From Thermoanaerobaculia bacterium (lineage in GTDB: Bacteria > Acidobacteriota > Thermoanaerobaculia > UBA5066), in the NCBI GenBank assembly GCA_038245905.1, contig JBBRRY010000013.1, forward strand, positions 7,876-71,875: a stretch of DNA of 64,000 nt, read 5' to 3'. Positions 1-8,544 of the stretch are shown here, piece by piece. Below the pieces are notes generated by a model. The model was not told the origin of the DNA. It did no database searches and was given only the letters and a program-made list of their open reading frames with translations. Numbering within the stretch: the first letter of the stretch is position 1; the number at the start of each line of letters is the position of its first letter. The position numbers and the translations under genes were made by a program.

Positions 1-141
1 GCGGAGGCGAAGGCCTACATCAGCGATCCCGACCGCGTCACGAAGGCGCTCCGCGACCACGTCTGGTCGCTCGGCAACGACTTCCTGACGGTGCCCCAGG
101 CGCCGAAAAAGCGGGCGACGACTGTCGTCGCGTCGCACTGA
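1..141 (+). CDS. 3' end of an upstream CDS cut by the window edge (product unknown)
   Basis: Frame 1 is open from nt 1 to TGA at 139-141 (…AYISDPDRVTKALRDHVWSLGNDFLTVPQAPKKRATTVVASH*). Only 46 aa are visible, so no family assignment is possible. Confidence 0.3.
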   Translation, partial: AEAKAYISDPDRVTKALRDHVWSLGNDFLTVPQAPKKRATTVVASH

Positions 142-153
142 ATAGGAAGACCC

Positions 154-918
154 GTGCGCTTCGTGCACGCGTCACTGCTTCTCGGATCGTTATTTTTTTT
201 CTTAGAAGGAAAAAGGGGAGAAGCGGATGCTCCCTCTTCACCTTTTAGGAAATCCTCCAGCGCCGCTGCCCCCGCTGCGAAGCAGGAGGCAAGAGACGGG
301 GTCTTCGGCAAAGTCTCTCTCTCCGGTCCCGTCCCGAAGCTCGCGGCTCGGCCCGTGAACGCGGACGCCGCCGTGTGCGGGCGCACCGACCGCCCAAGCC
401 CGTCGCTCGTCCTCTCGAAGGACAAGGGCCTCGCGAACGCCGTCGTGTGGCTGGAAGGAGCGAAGGGCCTCGCGCCGCCGAAGGGCCCGTTCCGGCTCGA
501 CCAGAAGAACTGCCTCTTCGCGCCTTACGTGCAGATCGTGTCGAAGGGCGCGCCGGTCGTGTTCGGCAACTCCGACGCGGTCCTACACAACGTCCATGCC
601 GCCACGGCGGGCTCGGCGCTGATCTTCAACAAGGCGATCCCGACCAAGGGACAGACGTTCACGGAGACGTTCACCGAACCGGGTCTCGTGCGCGTGAAGT
701 GCGACATCCACACGTGGATGACGGCATGGCTGTTCGTGGCCGACACGCCGTACGCGGCGGTGACCGACGCGGAGGGCCGCTACGCGTTTCACGGCGTTTC
801 GCAGGGCACCTACCCGCTCCACGCGTGGCACGAGCTCCTGGGCGAGAAGATCCGGTCCGTCGTCGTGCCCGCGAACGGCGTCGCGCGGGCCGACGTCACG
901 CTGTCACTGGCGGATTGA
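154..918 (+). CDS. secreted cupredoxin-like (type-1 copper motif) protein with a C-terminal carboxypeptidase-regulatory-like (Ig-like) domain
   Basis: GTG start with a hydrophobic N-terminus (ASLLLGSLFFFL). It has HNVH…KCDIHTWM, i.e. amicyanin-type Cys-x2-His-x2-Met spacing, and a C-terminal DAEGRYAFHGVSQGTY CarbopepD_reg-like motif. It is a paralogue of the CDS at 53381..54226 (shared DKGLANxxV, KCDxHxWM and DGxYxxxxLPxGTY motifs). Confidence 0.55.
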   Translation: MRFVHASLLLGSLFFFLEGKRGEADAPSSPFRKSSSAAAPAAKQEARDGVFGKVSLSGPVPKLAARPVNADAAVCGRTDRPSPSLVLSKDKGLANAVVWLEGAKGLAPPKGPFRLDQKNCLFAPYVQIVSKGAPVVFGNSDAVLHNVHAATAGSALIFNKAIPTKGQTFTETFTEPGLVRVKCDIHTWMTAWLFVADTPYAAVTDAEGRYAFHGVSQGTYPLHAWHELLGEKIRSVVVPANGVARADVTLSLAD

Positions 919-1479
919 CCGGCTGAATTCCGCGACGAAGGAGCGGGCTTCCGGCTTGCTCCAGTCGGCCGCTCCCACGAGCTGCTTCACGATCTCGCCG
1001 GACGGCGCGATGAAGAACGTTTCGGGATACCCGGTCACGCCGTAGCGGCCGGCAATCGTGCCCTTCGGGTCCAGGGCGACCGGCAGGCCCGCGATTCCGT
1101 GGTCCTTCAGCCACGTGTCGACGACGTTCCAATCCTCGTCCACCGAGACGGCCAGGAAGTCGACGCGCGTGTCGCCCTTTATGTCGGCGACGAATTTCAC
1201 GAGCTCGGGCATCTCGGCGCGGCAGGGAGCGCACCACGTCGCCCAGAAGTGCAGGATCAGCCCCTTGCCGGCCTGTGCGGCGAGATCGCGGCGGGCGCCG
1301 TTCCTTTCGAGGACGAGTTGCGGCCCCGCGGGAACGGTGCGCTTCGCGGCGGTCGCCTGCGCCCGGCCGGGCACGGGTGTGGCCGGCTGAATCAGCGCAT
1401 CCTTCGCGAAGAAGGCGGCCACCGCGGCCGCGAGAGCCGCAGCGACGAGGACGGCGGTCGTGCGCTTCGAGTCGCTCAT
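904..1479 (-). CDS. TlpA/ResA-like periplasmic thiol:disulfide oxidoreductase (thioredoxin fold)
   Basis: WCAPC active site (…LILHFWATWCAPCRAEMPEL…) and an N-terminal membrane anchor (TTAVLVAAALAAAVAAFFA). The ATG at 1479 was chosen over the long R-rich upstream extension. It overlaps the upstream gene's stop (ATGA). Confidence 0.75.
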   Translation of the reverse strand: MSDSKRTTAVLVAAALAAAVAAFFAKDALIQPATPVPGRAQATAAKRTVPAGPQLVLERNGARRDLAAQAGKGLILHFWATWCAPCRAEMPELVKFVADIKGDTRVDFLAVSVDEDWNVVDTWLKDHGIAGLPVALDPKGTIAGRYGVTGYPETFFIAPSGEIVKQLVGAADWSKPEARSFVAEFSRSIRQ

Positions 1480-2321
1480 GCGCGTGCCGCGCTGCTGGTG
1501 GGGAGAGTCATGGGCTCGGACAGGATACCGAGTCGCGAAAGTGGCCAATCGTAGACGACGGGGTCTTCGGGATTCAGAAGGCGCAGCCAGCCTGTCGCCT
1601 CTCGCGACGCGGCGAGGTCCGCGGTCCTGCGGCGCGTGAGACCGATCCGGCGCGAGATGCGGTGCACGTGGACGTCCATCGGCAGGAGGAGGCGCGCGGG
1701 CGTGAAGCGCCCTCCCGTCCAGAGGCCGAGGTCGAAACCCTCCGTCCGGATCATCCAGCGGAGGAACAGGTGCGAGCGCTTGCACGCGGAGCCGGAGGAG
1801 GGGGAGGGGAGAAGAAAACGCACGCCGCGAGAGATTGGCTTCGGAGAGGAGGAGAAATTCAAGAGATTTCTTTGAAAGGAAGAAAGGGCGGCGACGTAGT
1901 CCTCGCCGCCGGCGCATTCTTCGTCGCCCGCCGCGAACAGGGCGCCCAGAGACCCGTGCGTCTCCCGAGCTCTCTTCACCATTCTAAGAAAATCTTCGAC
2001 GTCCGACCCTGTCACCCACCGATGCACGAAACGCTTCAGCGCCGGGATGTGTCTCTCGTCCCACCCTTCGAGGAATTCCGATGGCCTCGGTCCCAGCACC
2101 GCGAGAACGCGCGAGACCGAGGTCTGGATCGACGCGACGCGGCCGAACGCGAGGGAGGCCGAGAGAAACGCGACGACCTCGCGATCCGCCGAATCGGGGA
2201 ACTGGTGGGCAAAGACGAGCGGGTCCGAATCGAGGCGGCGGGAGCGCCACTCGCTCCTGAGAGCCTCGAGGCGCTCGCCGAGGAGGGTGAGGTCCCGGGG
2301 GCCGCCCGTGCGCCGTCTCAT
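1476..2321 (-). CDS. conserved hypothetical protein, probably the DUF2400/TIGR02757 family
   Basis: An ORF with real codon structure (not R-rich), about 281 aa, translationally coupled to the tlpA-like gene. The family assignment is from memory of family motifs (…FAHQF…VAFLSASLAFGRV…) and is uncertain. Confidence 0.4.
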   Translation of the reverse strand: MRRRTGGPRDLTLLGERLEALRSEWRSRRLDSDPLVFAHQFPDSADREVVAFLSASLAFGRVASIQTSVSRVLAVLGPRPSEFLEGWDERHIPALKRFVHRWVTGSDVEDFLRMVKRARETHGSLGALFAAGDEECAGGEDYVAALSSFQRNLLNFSSSPKPISRGVRFLLPSPSSGSACKRSHLFLRWMIRTEGFDLGLWTGGRFTPARLLLPMDVHVHRISRRIGLTRRRTADLAASREATGWLRLLNPEDPVVYDWPLSRLGILSEPMTLPTSSAARA

Positions 2322-2344
2322 GGGCCTACGCTAGCATCCCCCGA

Positions 2345-3499
2345 GTGAGCCCGCGACGCCCCGGCAAGGAGGCTCCTCCTCCGCCCGAAAAAAAACCCGA
2401 CTCGAGCCGGACGATTCTCGTCGGCGTCTACGGGCGCGAGATCCCGAAGGAAATGGCCGAGGACCAGCTCGACGAGCTGGAGCGCCTCGTCGAGACGGCG
2501 GGCGGCCGGGTCGTCGCGCGCGCGCTCCAGGAGCGCCGCGGGCCCGACCCCGCCACGTACGTCGGCTCGGGCAAGGTCGAGGAGATCGCCGAGGCGGCGC
2601 GCGCCCAGAACGTCGGCTGGACGGTCTTCGACGACGAGCTCACGCCCACGCAGGCGCGGAATCTCGACGAGAAGCTGCCGACGCAGGTGCTCGACCGCGC
2701 GGGCGTCATCCTGCGCATCTTCGCGGCCCGCGCGCGCTCCCGGGAAGCCATGACGCAGGTCGAGCTCGCGCGGCTCCAGTACGAGCTTCCGCGCCTCGCG
2801 GGGCCGGCTCATGGCCTCGCCCAGCAGCGGGGCGGCGGCGCGTTCCGGGGCGGCGCGGGTGAGCGCAAGATCGAGCTGGACCGCCGCCGCGTGCGCACGC
2901 GGATCGCGCGGCTCAAGGAAGACCTCAAGGCGATCGAGACGCAGCGCGACGTGAGGCGGAAGGGGCTCAAGCGCGTCGCGACAGTCTCGCTCGTCGGCTA
3001 TACGAACGCGGGAAAGACGACTCTTTTCAATCGCCTCACGGCGTCGAAAGAGTTCGCCGAAGACCGCCTCTTCGCCACGCTCGACCCGAGGCACGCGCGG
3101 CTCCACGGCGTCGGCGGGCGCGCGATCGTGCTCGCCGACACGGTCGGCTTCCTCCGCAAGCTCCCGCACACGCTCGTGGCGTCGTTCAAGTCCACTCTCG
3201 CCGAGGTCAAGGACGCGGACCTTCTCGTCCACGTCGTGGACGCGTCTTCCCTGCAGGCGTCCGAACAGCGGGCTGTTGCCGAGGAAGTGATCGCGGGCTT
3301 CGGAGTGGAGAAGAGACGCATCCTCCTCGCATACAACAAGACGGACCGCCCGCATGCGGGCGCGCTCGACGCTGACGCCATCCGGATCTCCGCCGCCACA
3401 GGAGAGGGCCTCCCGGAGCTCAAGGAGGCGATCGTCGCGCGGCTGACGGCTCTCGGCTCCAGGATGCCGTTCTACGGATCCGGGAATGACGCCGGCTGA
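2345..3499 (+). CDS. hflX: GTPase HflX
   Basis: It has the HflX N-terminal domain (…RTILVGVY…VFDDELTPTQARNLDE…ILRIFAARA…) followed by a GTPase G-domain (GYTNAGKTTLFNRLT, DTVGF, NKTD). GTG start. Confidence 0.85.
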   Translation: MSPRRPGKEAPPPPEKKPDSSRTILVGVYGREIPKEMAEDQLDELERLVETAGGRVVARALQERRGPDPATYVGSGKVEEIAEAARAQNVGWTVFDDELTPTQARNLDEKLPTQVLDRAGVILRIFAARARSREAMTQVELARLQYELPRLAGPAHGLAQQRGGGAFRGGAGERKIELDRRRVRTRIARLKEDLKAIETQRDVRRKGLKRVATVSLVGYTNAGKTTLFNRLTASKEFAEDRLFATLDPRHARLHGVGGRAIVLADTVGFLRKLPHTLVASFKSTLAEVKDADLLVHVVDASSLQASEQRAVAEEVIAGFGVEKRRILLAYNKTDRPHAGALDADAIRISAATGEGLPELKEAIVARLTALGSRMPFYGSGNDAG

Positions 3500-5408
3500 G
3501 GGCTCGAGTCTCCTCAGCCCGCGCGCGGAGCGGTTGGCCGCGGCGGGCTTTCTCGTTCTCGCGGCGCTTCTCGCCGTGACGGCCCTCCTCACGGACAGCG
3601 CGACGATCGACGAGGTCATACATCTGCCGGCCGGTATCGTCCACATGAAGACGGGAGACATGCGCCTCGCGCCAGACCATCCTCCCCTCGGCAGACTGTG
3701 GGCGGCGCTTCCTTCAGCGTTCCTTCCCGTCGTGCTGCCGGACACGGACCGTGAGGCCTTCCGGGCAGGCGAGTTCGTCGCGGTGGGCCGCGAAGTTCTC
3801 GAGGGGAATCCCCGCCTTCCGCTGCTCACGCTCGGGCGTCTCATGGTCGTCGCGCTTCTTCTCGTGCTTCTCGTTCTCGTGCGCGCCGCCGCGCGCGGTC
3901 TTTTCGGCCCGGACGCGGGGCTCCTCGCGCTCGCGGTGGCCTCCCTGTCGCCGTCGCTGCTCGCGCACGGACATCTCGTGACGACGGACCTGCCGGCGGC
4001 CCTTCTTTTTCTCGCGGTGCTCCTGGCGTTCGCTCGCCTCGGCGAGCGTCTTTCTGCGGGCCGACTCGCCGTGGCGGCCCTGCTCCTCTCTGCGCTCGTC
4101 CTCACGAAATATTCGTGGCCCATCGTCCTCCCGGCTCTTCTCGCGATGGGTGTGCTCGCCGCCGTCTCGCGCGGTGTGCGCGTCGTCTCGCTCGCCGGGG
4201 TCGCACTCGTTTGTGGACTTGTCGTCTGGGGAGCCGTCTGGGCGTGCTACGACTTCAGGTTCTCGCCCTTCCGCGGTCCGCGCGCCGTCGAGGCACGCAT
4301 GCACGCCCCCATTCAGAGGGGGCTCCCCGCGGTGACGAGCCAAGCGGAGGCATGGGCGACGGTCCTCAGGGATTCCTGGGGCAAGCCCTACACGGGGCCC
4401 ACTGCGGGTTTCGTGCGGTGGGCCAGGCAGCATCGGGTGCTGCCGGAGGCCTGGATTTACGGCGTCATGCTTCTCAAGAGGTCGTCATACCCTCGCACGG
4501 CCTTCTTTCACGGTGAGATCGGGTTCGGATGGGCGGCGTATTTCCCGGTCGCGTTTCTCGTCAAGTCTCCGCTTCCCGAGCTCCTCCTCGGCGCGCTCGG
4601 GCTCGCGGCGATCGTGGCGCGGCGAGCCCTGCCGCGCGACCCTCTTCTCGCGTCAGGTCTCCTTGTCTTCGCCCTGTCGTACGGCGTCTTCGCGGTTCTT
4701 CAGGCGTTGAACATCGGCGAGCGCCACCTCTTGCCGCTTCACCCGATTCTCGCCGTGGCAGCGGGGGCGGGCGCGGCGTGGGCCCGGGTCCGGTGGGGGA
4801 AGGCGCTCCTCCTCGCCCTCGTCCTCTGGCTGGGCGTGGAAGTAGCTCTCGTCCATCCGAACGAGCTCGGCTACTTCAACGAGACGGTGGGTGGCTGGAG
4901 GAACGGCTCCCGGTGGCTCGCGGACAGCAACGTCGACTGGGGTCAGGACCTCGCGCGCCTTGCCCGCTGGACGAAGAAGAATGGTAATCCGGAGGTCAAG
5001 CTCGCTTACTTCGGCGCCGCGGACCCGCGGGGACTCGTCCCCAACGCCACGAACCTCACGAGCTCGTATCCGTTCGGCGAGCCCGCGCTCCTGACTCCCG
5101 GCGTCTACGTCGTGAGCGTGAACCAGCTCATCGGGCTCTTCATTCCGATCGCGCGCGACGACTTCTGGGAGAAGCCCGCGACCGGGGACTGGTACAAGAG
5201 CCGCTGGGAGATGGCGCGCCGGTCCGGCTTCGCGCGCCCGCCGGGACTCGTCGGCCGGGAGGCGGGGGCGTGGGATGCGTTCGAGGCGGCCGAGAGGGGC
5301 CGCCTCTTCCGCGCCCTTCGGGGGCGCGCGCCGGATGACTTCATCGGGACGTCGCTGCGCGTCTACCGCCTTTCGCAGGCCGACCTCGACGCGATCCTGC
5401 CGCCATGA
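3486..5408 (+). CDS. GT-C fold glycosyltransferase-like polytopic membrane protein (PMT/ArnT GT39/GT83-like)
   Basis: About 11 predicted TM helices in the N-terminal 430 aa. There is a loop-1 'DEVIH' motif resembling the PMT 'DEVHF' catalytic DE motif. A C-terminal ~200-aa soluble domain follows. Confidence 0.45.
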   Translation: MTPAEGSSLLSPRAERLAAAGFLVLAALLAVTALLTDSATIDEVIHLPAGIVHMKTGDMRLAPDHPPLGRLWAALPSAFLPVVLPDTDREAFRAGEFVAVGREVLEGNPRLPLLTLGRLMVVALLLVLLVLVRAAARGLFGPDAGLLALAVASLSPSLLAHGHLVTTDLPAALLFLAVLLAFARLGERLSAGRLAVAALLLSALVLTKYSWPIVLPALLAMGVLAAVSRGVRVVSLAGVALVCGLVVWGAVWACYDFRFSPFRGPRAVEARMHAPIQRGLPAVTSQAEAWATVLRDSWGKPYTGPTAGFVRWARQHRVLPEAWIYGVMLLKRSSYPRTAFFHGEIGFGWAAYFPVAFLVKSPLPELLLGALGLAAIVARRALPRDPLLASGLLVFALSYGVFAVLQALNIGERHLLPLHPILAVAAGAGAAWARVRWGKALLLALVLWLGVEVALVHPNELGYFNETVGGWRNGSRWLADSNVDWGQDLARLARWTKKNGNPEVKLAYFGAADPRGLVPNATNLTSSYPFGEPALLTPGVYVVSVNQLIGLFIPIARDDFWEKPATGDWYKSRWEMARRSGFARPPGLVGREAGAWDAFEAAERGRLFRALRGRAPDDFIGTSLRVYRLSQADLDAILPP

Positions 5409-5446
5409 CTTCGTAATACGATCCGTGGAGTCTTGGAGGAAATGCC

Positions 5447-6595
5447 ATGAGCGCACCCACCGATTACCGCCAGCGCGGCCAGGCCGTCTGGCTGGACAGC
5501 ATTTCCTCGAAGATGATCCACTCAGGACGGCTGTCGTCGTGGATCGAAGCCGGCTCGATCTACGGCGTGACGTCGAATCCGACGATCTTTGGGCAGGCCA
5601 TCGTGAAGAACGAGGGCGACTACAACGCCGGCATCGAGCGTCTGGCGCGGGACGGGAAGGATGCCTTCACGATCTACGACGCGCTCACGCGCAAGGACAT
5701 CGGAGAGGGCGCGGACGCGTTCCGGGCGCTGCACGAGAAGAACCCCGTCGACGGATGGATCTCTCTCGAGGTCCTGCCCTCGCTCGCGGGCGACACGGAG
5801 AAGACCGTGGCCGAAGCGAAGAGGCTCGCGGGTGCTCTCGCCCGCCCGAACGTATTCATCAAGGTGCCCGCGACGCCCGCGTGCATCCCTGCGATCCGCC
5901 GCCTCATCGGCGAGGGGATCTCGATCAACGTGACGCTCATGTTCAACCGCAAACACTACCGGGACGTCGCGAGTGCTTACGTCGACGGCCTTTCGGACTT
6001 CGCGGCGAAGGGGGGAGACCTCTCGCGCGTCCATTCGGTCGCGTCGTTCTTCGTCTCCCGGGTCGACACGCTCATCGACAAGCGTCTCGATGAGAAGGCC
6101 GCGAAGGCCTCCGGCCCGGAAAAGGCCCGCCTCGAGAGCCTGCGCGGAAAGGCGGGCCTCGCGAGCTCCAGGGTCGTCTACGAGGACTTTCGCGCCAGCT
6201 TTGCCGCCGAGCGCTTTCTCGCGCTGCGGGGGAGGGGTGGGCGGGTCCAGCGCCCCCTCTGGGCGTCCACCGGCACGAAGAACCCGGCTTACTCCGACCT
6301 TCTGTACGTCGAGAACCTCGTCGGGCCCGACACCGTGAACACGATGCCTGAAAAGACTCTCGAAGCGCTTCTCGATCACGGGAGGACGCCGGGCGACACC
6401 GTGACGGAGGGCGTGCCCGCCGCTCGTCAGACGCTCGACGACCTCCGCGCCGTCGGGATCGACGTCGAGGCGGTTGGAGAAGAGCTCCAGAAAGACGGCG
6501 TCGTCCTATTCGAGAAGTCCTATGTCGAGCTTCTCCAGGCGATCGAGACGCGCCGCGCCGAGGCTTTGAAAAGGTCTCAGGGGGTGATGGAGTGA
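5447..6595 (+). CDS. tal: transaldolase (long actinobacterial-type form)
   Basis: …GVTSNPTIF… and …FIKVPAT…GISINVTLMF… transaldolase motifs, 382 aa. It overlaps the tkt start by 4 nt. Confidence 0.85.
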   Translation: MSAPTDYRQRGQAVWLDSISSKMIHSGRLSSWIEAGSIYGVTSNPTIFGQAIVKNEGDYNAGIERLARDGKDAFTIYDALTRKDIGEGADAFRALHEKNPVDGWISLEVLPSLAGDTEKTVAEAKRLAGALARPNVFIKVPATPACIPAIRRLIGEGISINVTLMFNRKHYRDVASAYVDGLSDFAAKGGDLSRVHSVASFFVSRVDTLIDKRLDEKAAKASGPEKARLESLRGKAGLASSRVVYEDFRASFAAERFLALRGRGGRVQRPLWASTGTKNPAYSDLLYVENLVGPDTVNTMPEKTLEALLDHGRTPGDTVTEGVPAARQTLDDLRAVGIDVEAVGEELQKDGVVLFEKSYVELLQAIETRRAEALKRSQGVME

Positions 6596-8544
6596 TCCTC
6601 GGGAACTTCGAGGCCCCGGAACTCACCGATGCGGAAGTCGCGAGGCTCGCCGCGCTCGGCGTCCGGGCGCGTGCCGACATCCTGAAGATGACGACGCTCG
6701 CCGCTTCGGGCCACCCCGGCGGATCGATGTCGTCGATCGACTTCGAGCTCGTCCTCTGGGGCTTCGCGAACTGTGATCCGAAGAATCCCTTCGCGGAAGA
6801 GCGCGACCGCGTCGTCATCAGCCATGGACACACGTCGCCGGCCGCGTATGCGGCGCTCGCGCACCTCGGGTGGTTCGACCCGTCGCTTCCGCTCCTCGGG
6901 TTCCGCCGCGGCGGCTCGCCGTTCGAGGGGCACGTGGAGAGGGACGTGCCCGGGATCGACTGGGGCACGGGCAACCTCGGGCAGGGCCTCTCGGCGGCCG
7001 TCGGCTTCGCGCTTGCGGCGCGGATCAAGGGGAACGGCGCGAAGGTGTTCTGCGCGATGGGGGACGGCGAGCAGCAGAAGGGCCAGCTCTCGGAGGCGCG
7101 GCGCTACGCGGTGAAGTTCTCTCTCACGAATCTCGTCGCCCTTCTCGACTGGAACCGCGTCCAGCTCTCGGGGACGAACGACGAGATCCTCAAGCAGGAC
7201 ATCGTGGCGGACTGGAAGGCCGACGGCTGGGCGGTGATTGAGGTCGACGGCCACGACGTCCGCGCCGTGTACCGAGCGGTGCGCGCGGCGCTTCGCGCGG
7301 CGGTCCCGACGCTCGTGGCTTGCCATACGGTCATGTCCAAGGGCGTCCCCTTCATGGAGAAGGACGGCTACAAGTGGCACGGAGCCGCTCTCTCTCCCGA
7401 CAAGTGCAAAGAAGCGCTCGCGATCCTCGGTGCCGAGGACGACCTCGACCACTGGACGCTCGAGCGGAAGAAGTCCGCACCCGACTGGCACGCGGCGCTT
7501 CCGCGGCGCCCCGTAGAGACCGTCGTCCTCCCGTCCCAGGGGGCACCGCGAACGTACACGACCGAGAAGACGTCCGACAACCGCGGAGCGTTCGGGGCCG
7601 CGCTCGAGGATCTTGGCGCGATTTCGGGAGGAGTCCCGATGGCGGTCCTCGACTGCGATCTCCTGAAGTCCACGAAGACCGATCTCTTTGCCGCGAAGTT
7701 CCCGAAGAGTTTTTTCCAGGGCGGCATCGCCGAGCACCACACCGCGGTCCTCGCGGGCGCGCTGTCGGTGGCGGGGATCGCGGCCTGGTGGGGCGAGTTC
7801 GGAATGTTCGGCGTGGCCGAGGCCTACAATCAGCAGCGTCTCAACGACATCAACGCGTCGAACGTCAAGCTCGCGGTGACGCACTCGGGCATCGACGTCG
7901 GCGAGGACGGCAAGACGCACCACTCGATCGACTATTTCGCTCTCCTCAACTCGACGTTCGGGTGGAAGGTGTTCACCCCGGGCGATCCGAACCAGACGGA
8001 TCGCATCACACGCTGGATGGCGACCCACCGCGGCAACCACGCGCTCGTCATGGGGCGCTCGAAATTTCCGGTCGCCCTGAAGGAGGACGGCGCGCCCTTC
8101 TTCGCGGGCGACTACGCGTTCGACCCCGCGAAGGCCGACCACCTGCGCGACGGGTCGGGCGTGTCGCTCGTTTGCGCGGGAAACATGCTGCCCTACGCCA
8201 TGGACGCGTGGAACGCGCTCGCGAAGGAAGGGACCCGCGTGGATCTCGTCTCCGTCGCGGCGTGGAGCGACCTTTCAGACGCGGACCTCGAGCACATCGC
8301 GCGGCACGGCCGCGTCGTCACGGTCGAGGACCACAACCCGAAGACCGGCCTCGGAACCTGGATCCAGGCGCGGCTCAACGACCTCGGGTTCGCGGCGCGC
8401 GTCCGGAAGATGGGCGTCACCTTCTACTCGTCCTCGGGTCCCGCGAAGGAGCTGTACGCGCTGATGGGACTCGACGGGCCCGCGATCGCAGCCGTGGTCC
8501 GGCGCGTCCTGTCGTCGAAGAGCGGGATGGAAAGGTCCGCATGA
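6592..8544 (+). CDS. tkt: transketolase
   Basis: ThDP motif …AASGHPGGSMS…, GDGEQQKG, and 650 aa. GTG start inside the tal stop (GTGA). Confidence 0.85.
   Translation: MILGNFEAPELTDAEVARLAALGVRARADILKMTTLAASGHPGGSMSSIDFELVLWGFANCDPKNPFAEERDRVVISHGHTSPAAYAALAHLGWFDPSLPLLGFRRGGSPFEGHVERDVPGIDWGTGNLGQGLSAAVGFALAARIKGNGAKVFCAMGDGEQQKGQLSEARRYAVKFSLTNLVALLDWNRVQLSGTNDEILKQDIVADWKADGWAVIEVDGHDVRAVYRAVRAALRAAVPTLVACHTVMSKGVPFMEKDGYKWHGAALSPDKCKEALAILGAEDDLDHWTLERKKSAPDWHAALPRRPVETVVLPSQGAPRTYTTEKTSDNRGAFGAALEDLGAISGGVPMAVLDCDLLKSTKTDLFAAKFPKSFFQGGIAEHHTAVLAGALSVAGIAAWWGEFGMFGVAEAYNQQRLNDINASNVKLAVTHSGIDVGEDGKTHHSIDYFALLNSTFGWKVFTPGDPNQTDRITRWMATHRGNHALVMGRSKFPVALKEDGAPFFAGDYAFDPAKADHLRDGSGVSLVCAGNMLPYAMDAWNALAKEGTRVDLVSVAAWSDLSDADLEHIARHGRVVTVEDHNPKTGLGTWIQARLNDLGFAARVRKMGVTFYSSSGPAKELYALMGLDGPAIAAVVRRVLSSKSGMERSA

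Noticed and set aside
227-361. A short ORF from the ATG at 227, preceded by an AGGGGAG SD-like sequence
   Set aside because: It is out of frame with the well-supported cupredoxin-like CDS, only 44 codons long, and Pro/Ser/Arg-rich.
7320-8540. A 407-codon N-terminal extension of zwf, and a similar extension of pgl from 9905
   Set aside because: Proper ATG/GTG starts with conserved N-terminal motifs lie at 8541 and 10043. The extensions overlap tkt and zwf in other frames and are R-rich.
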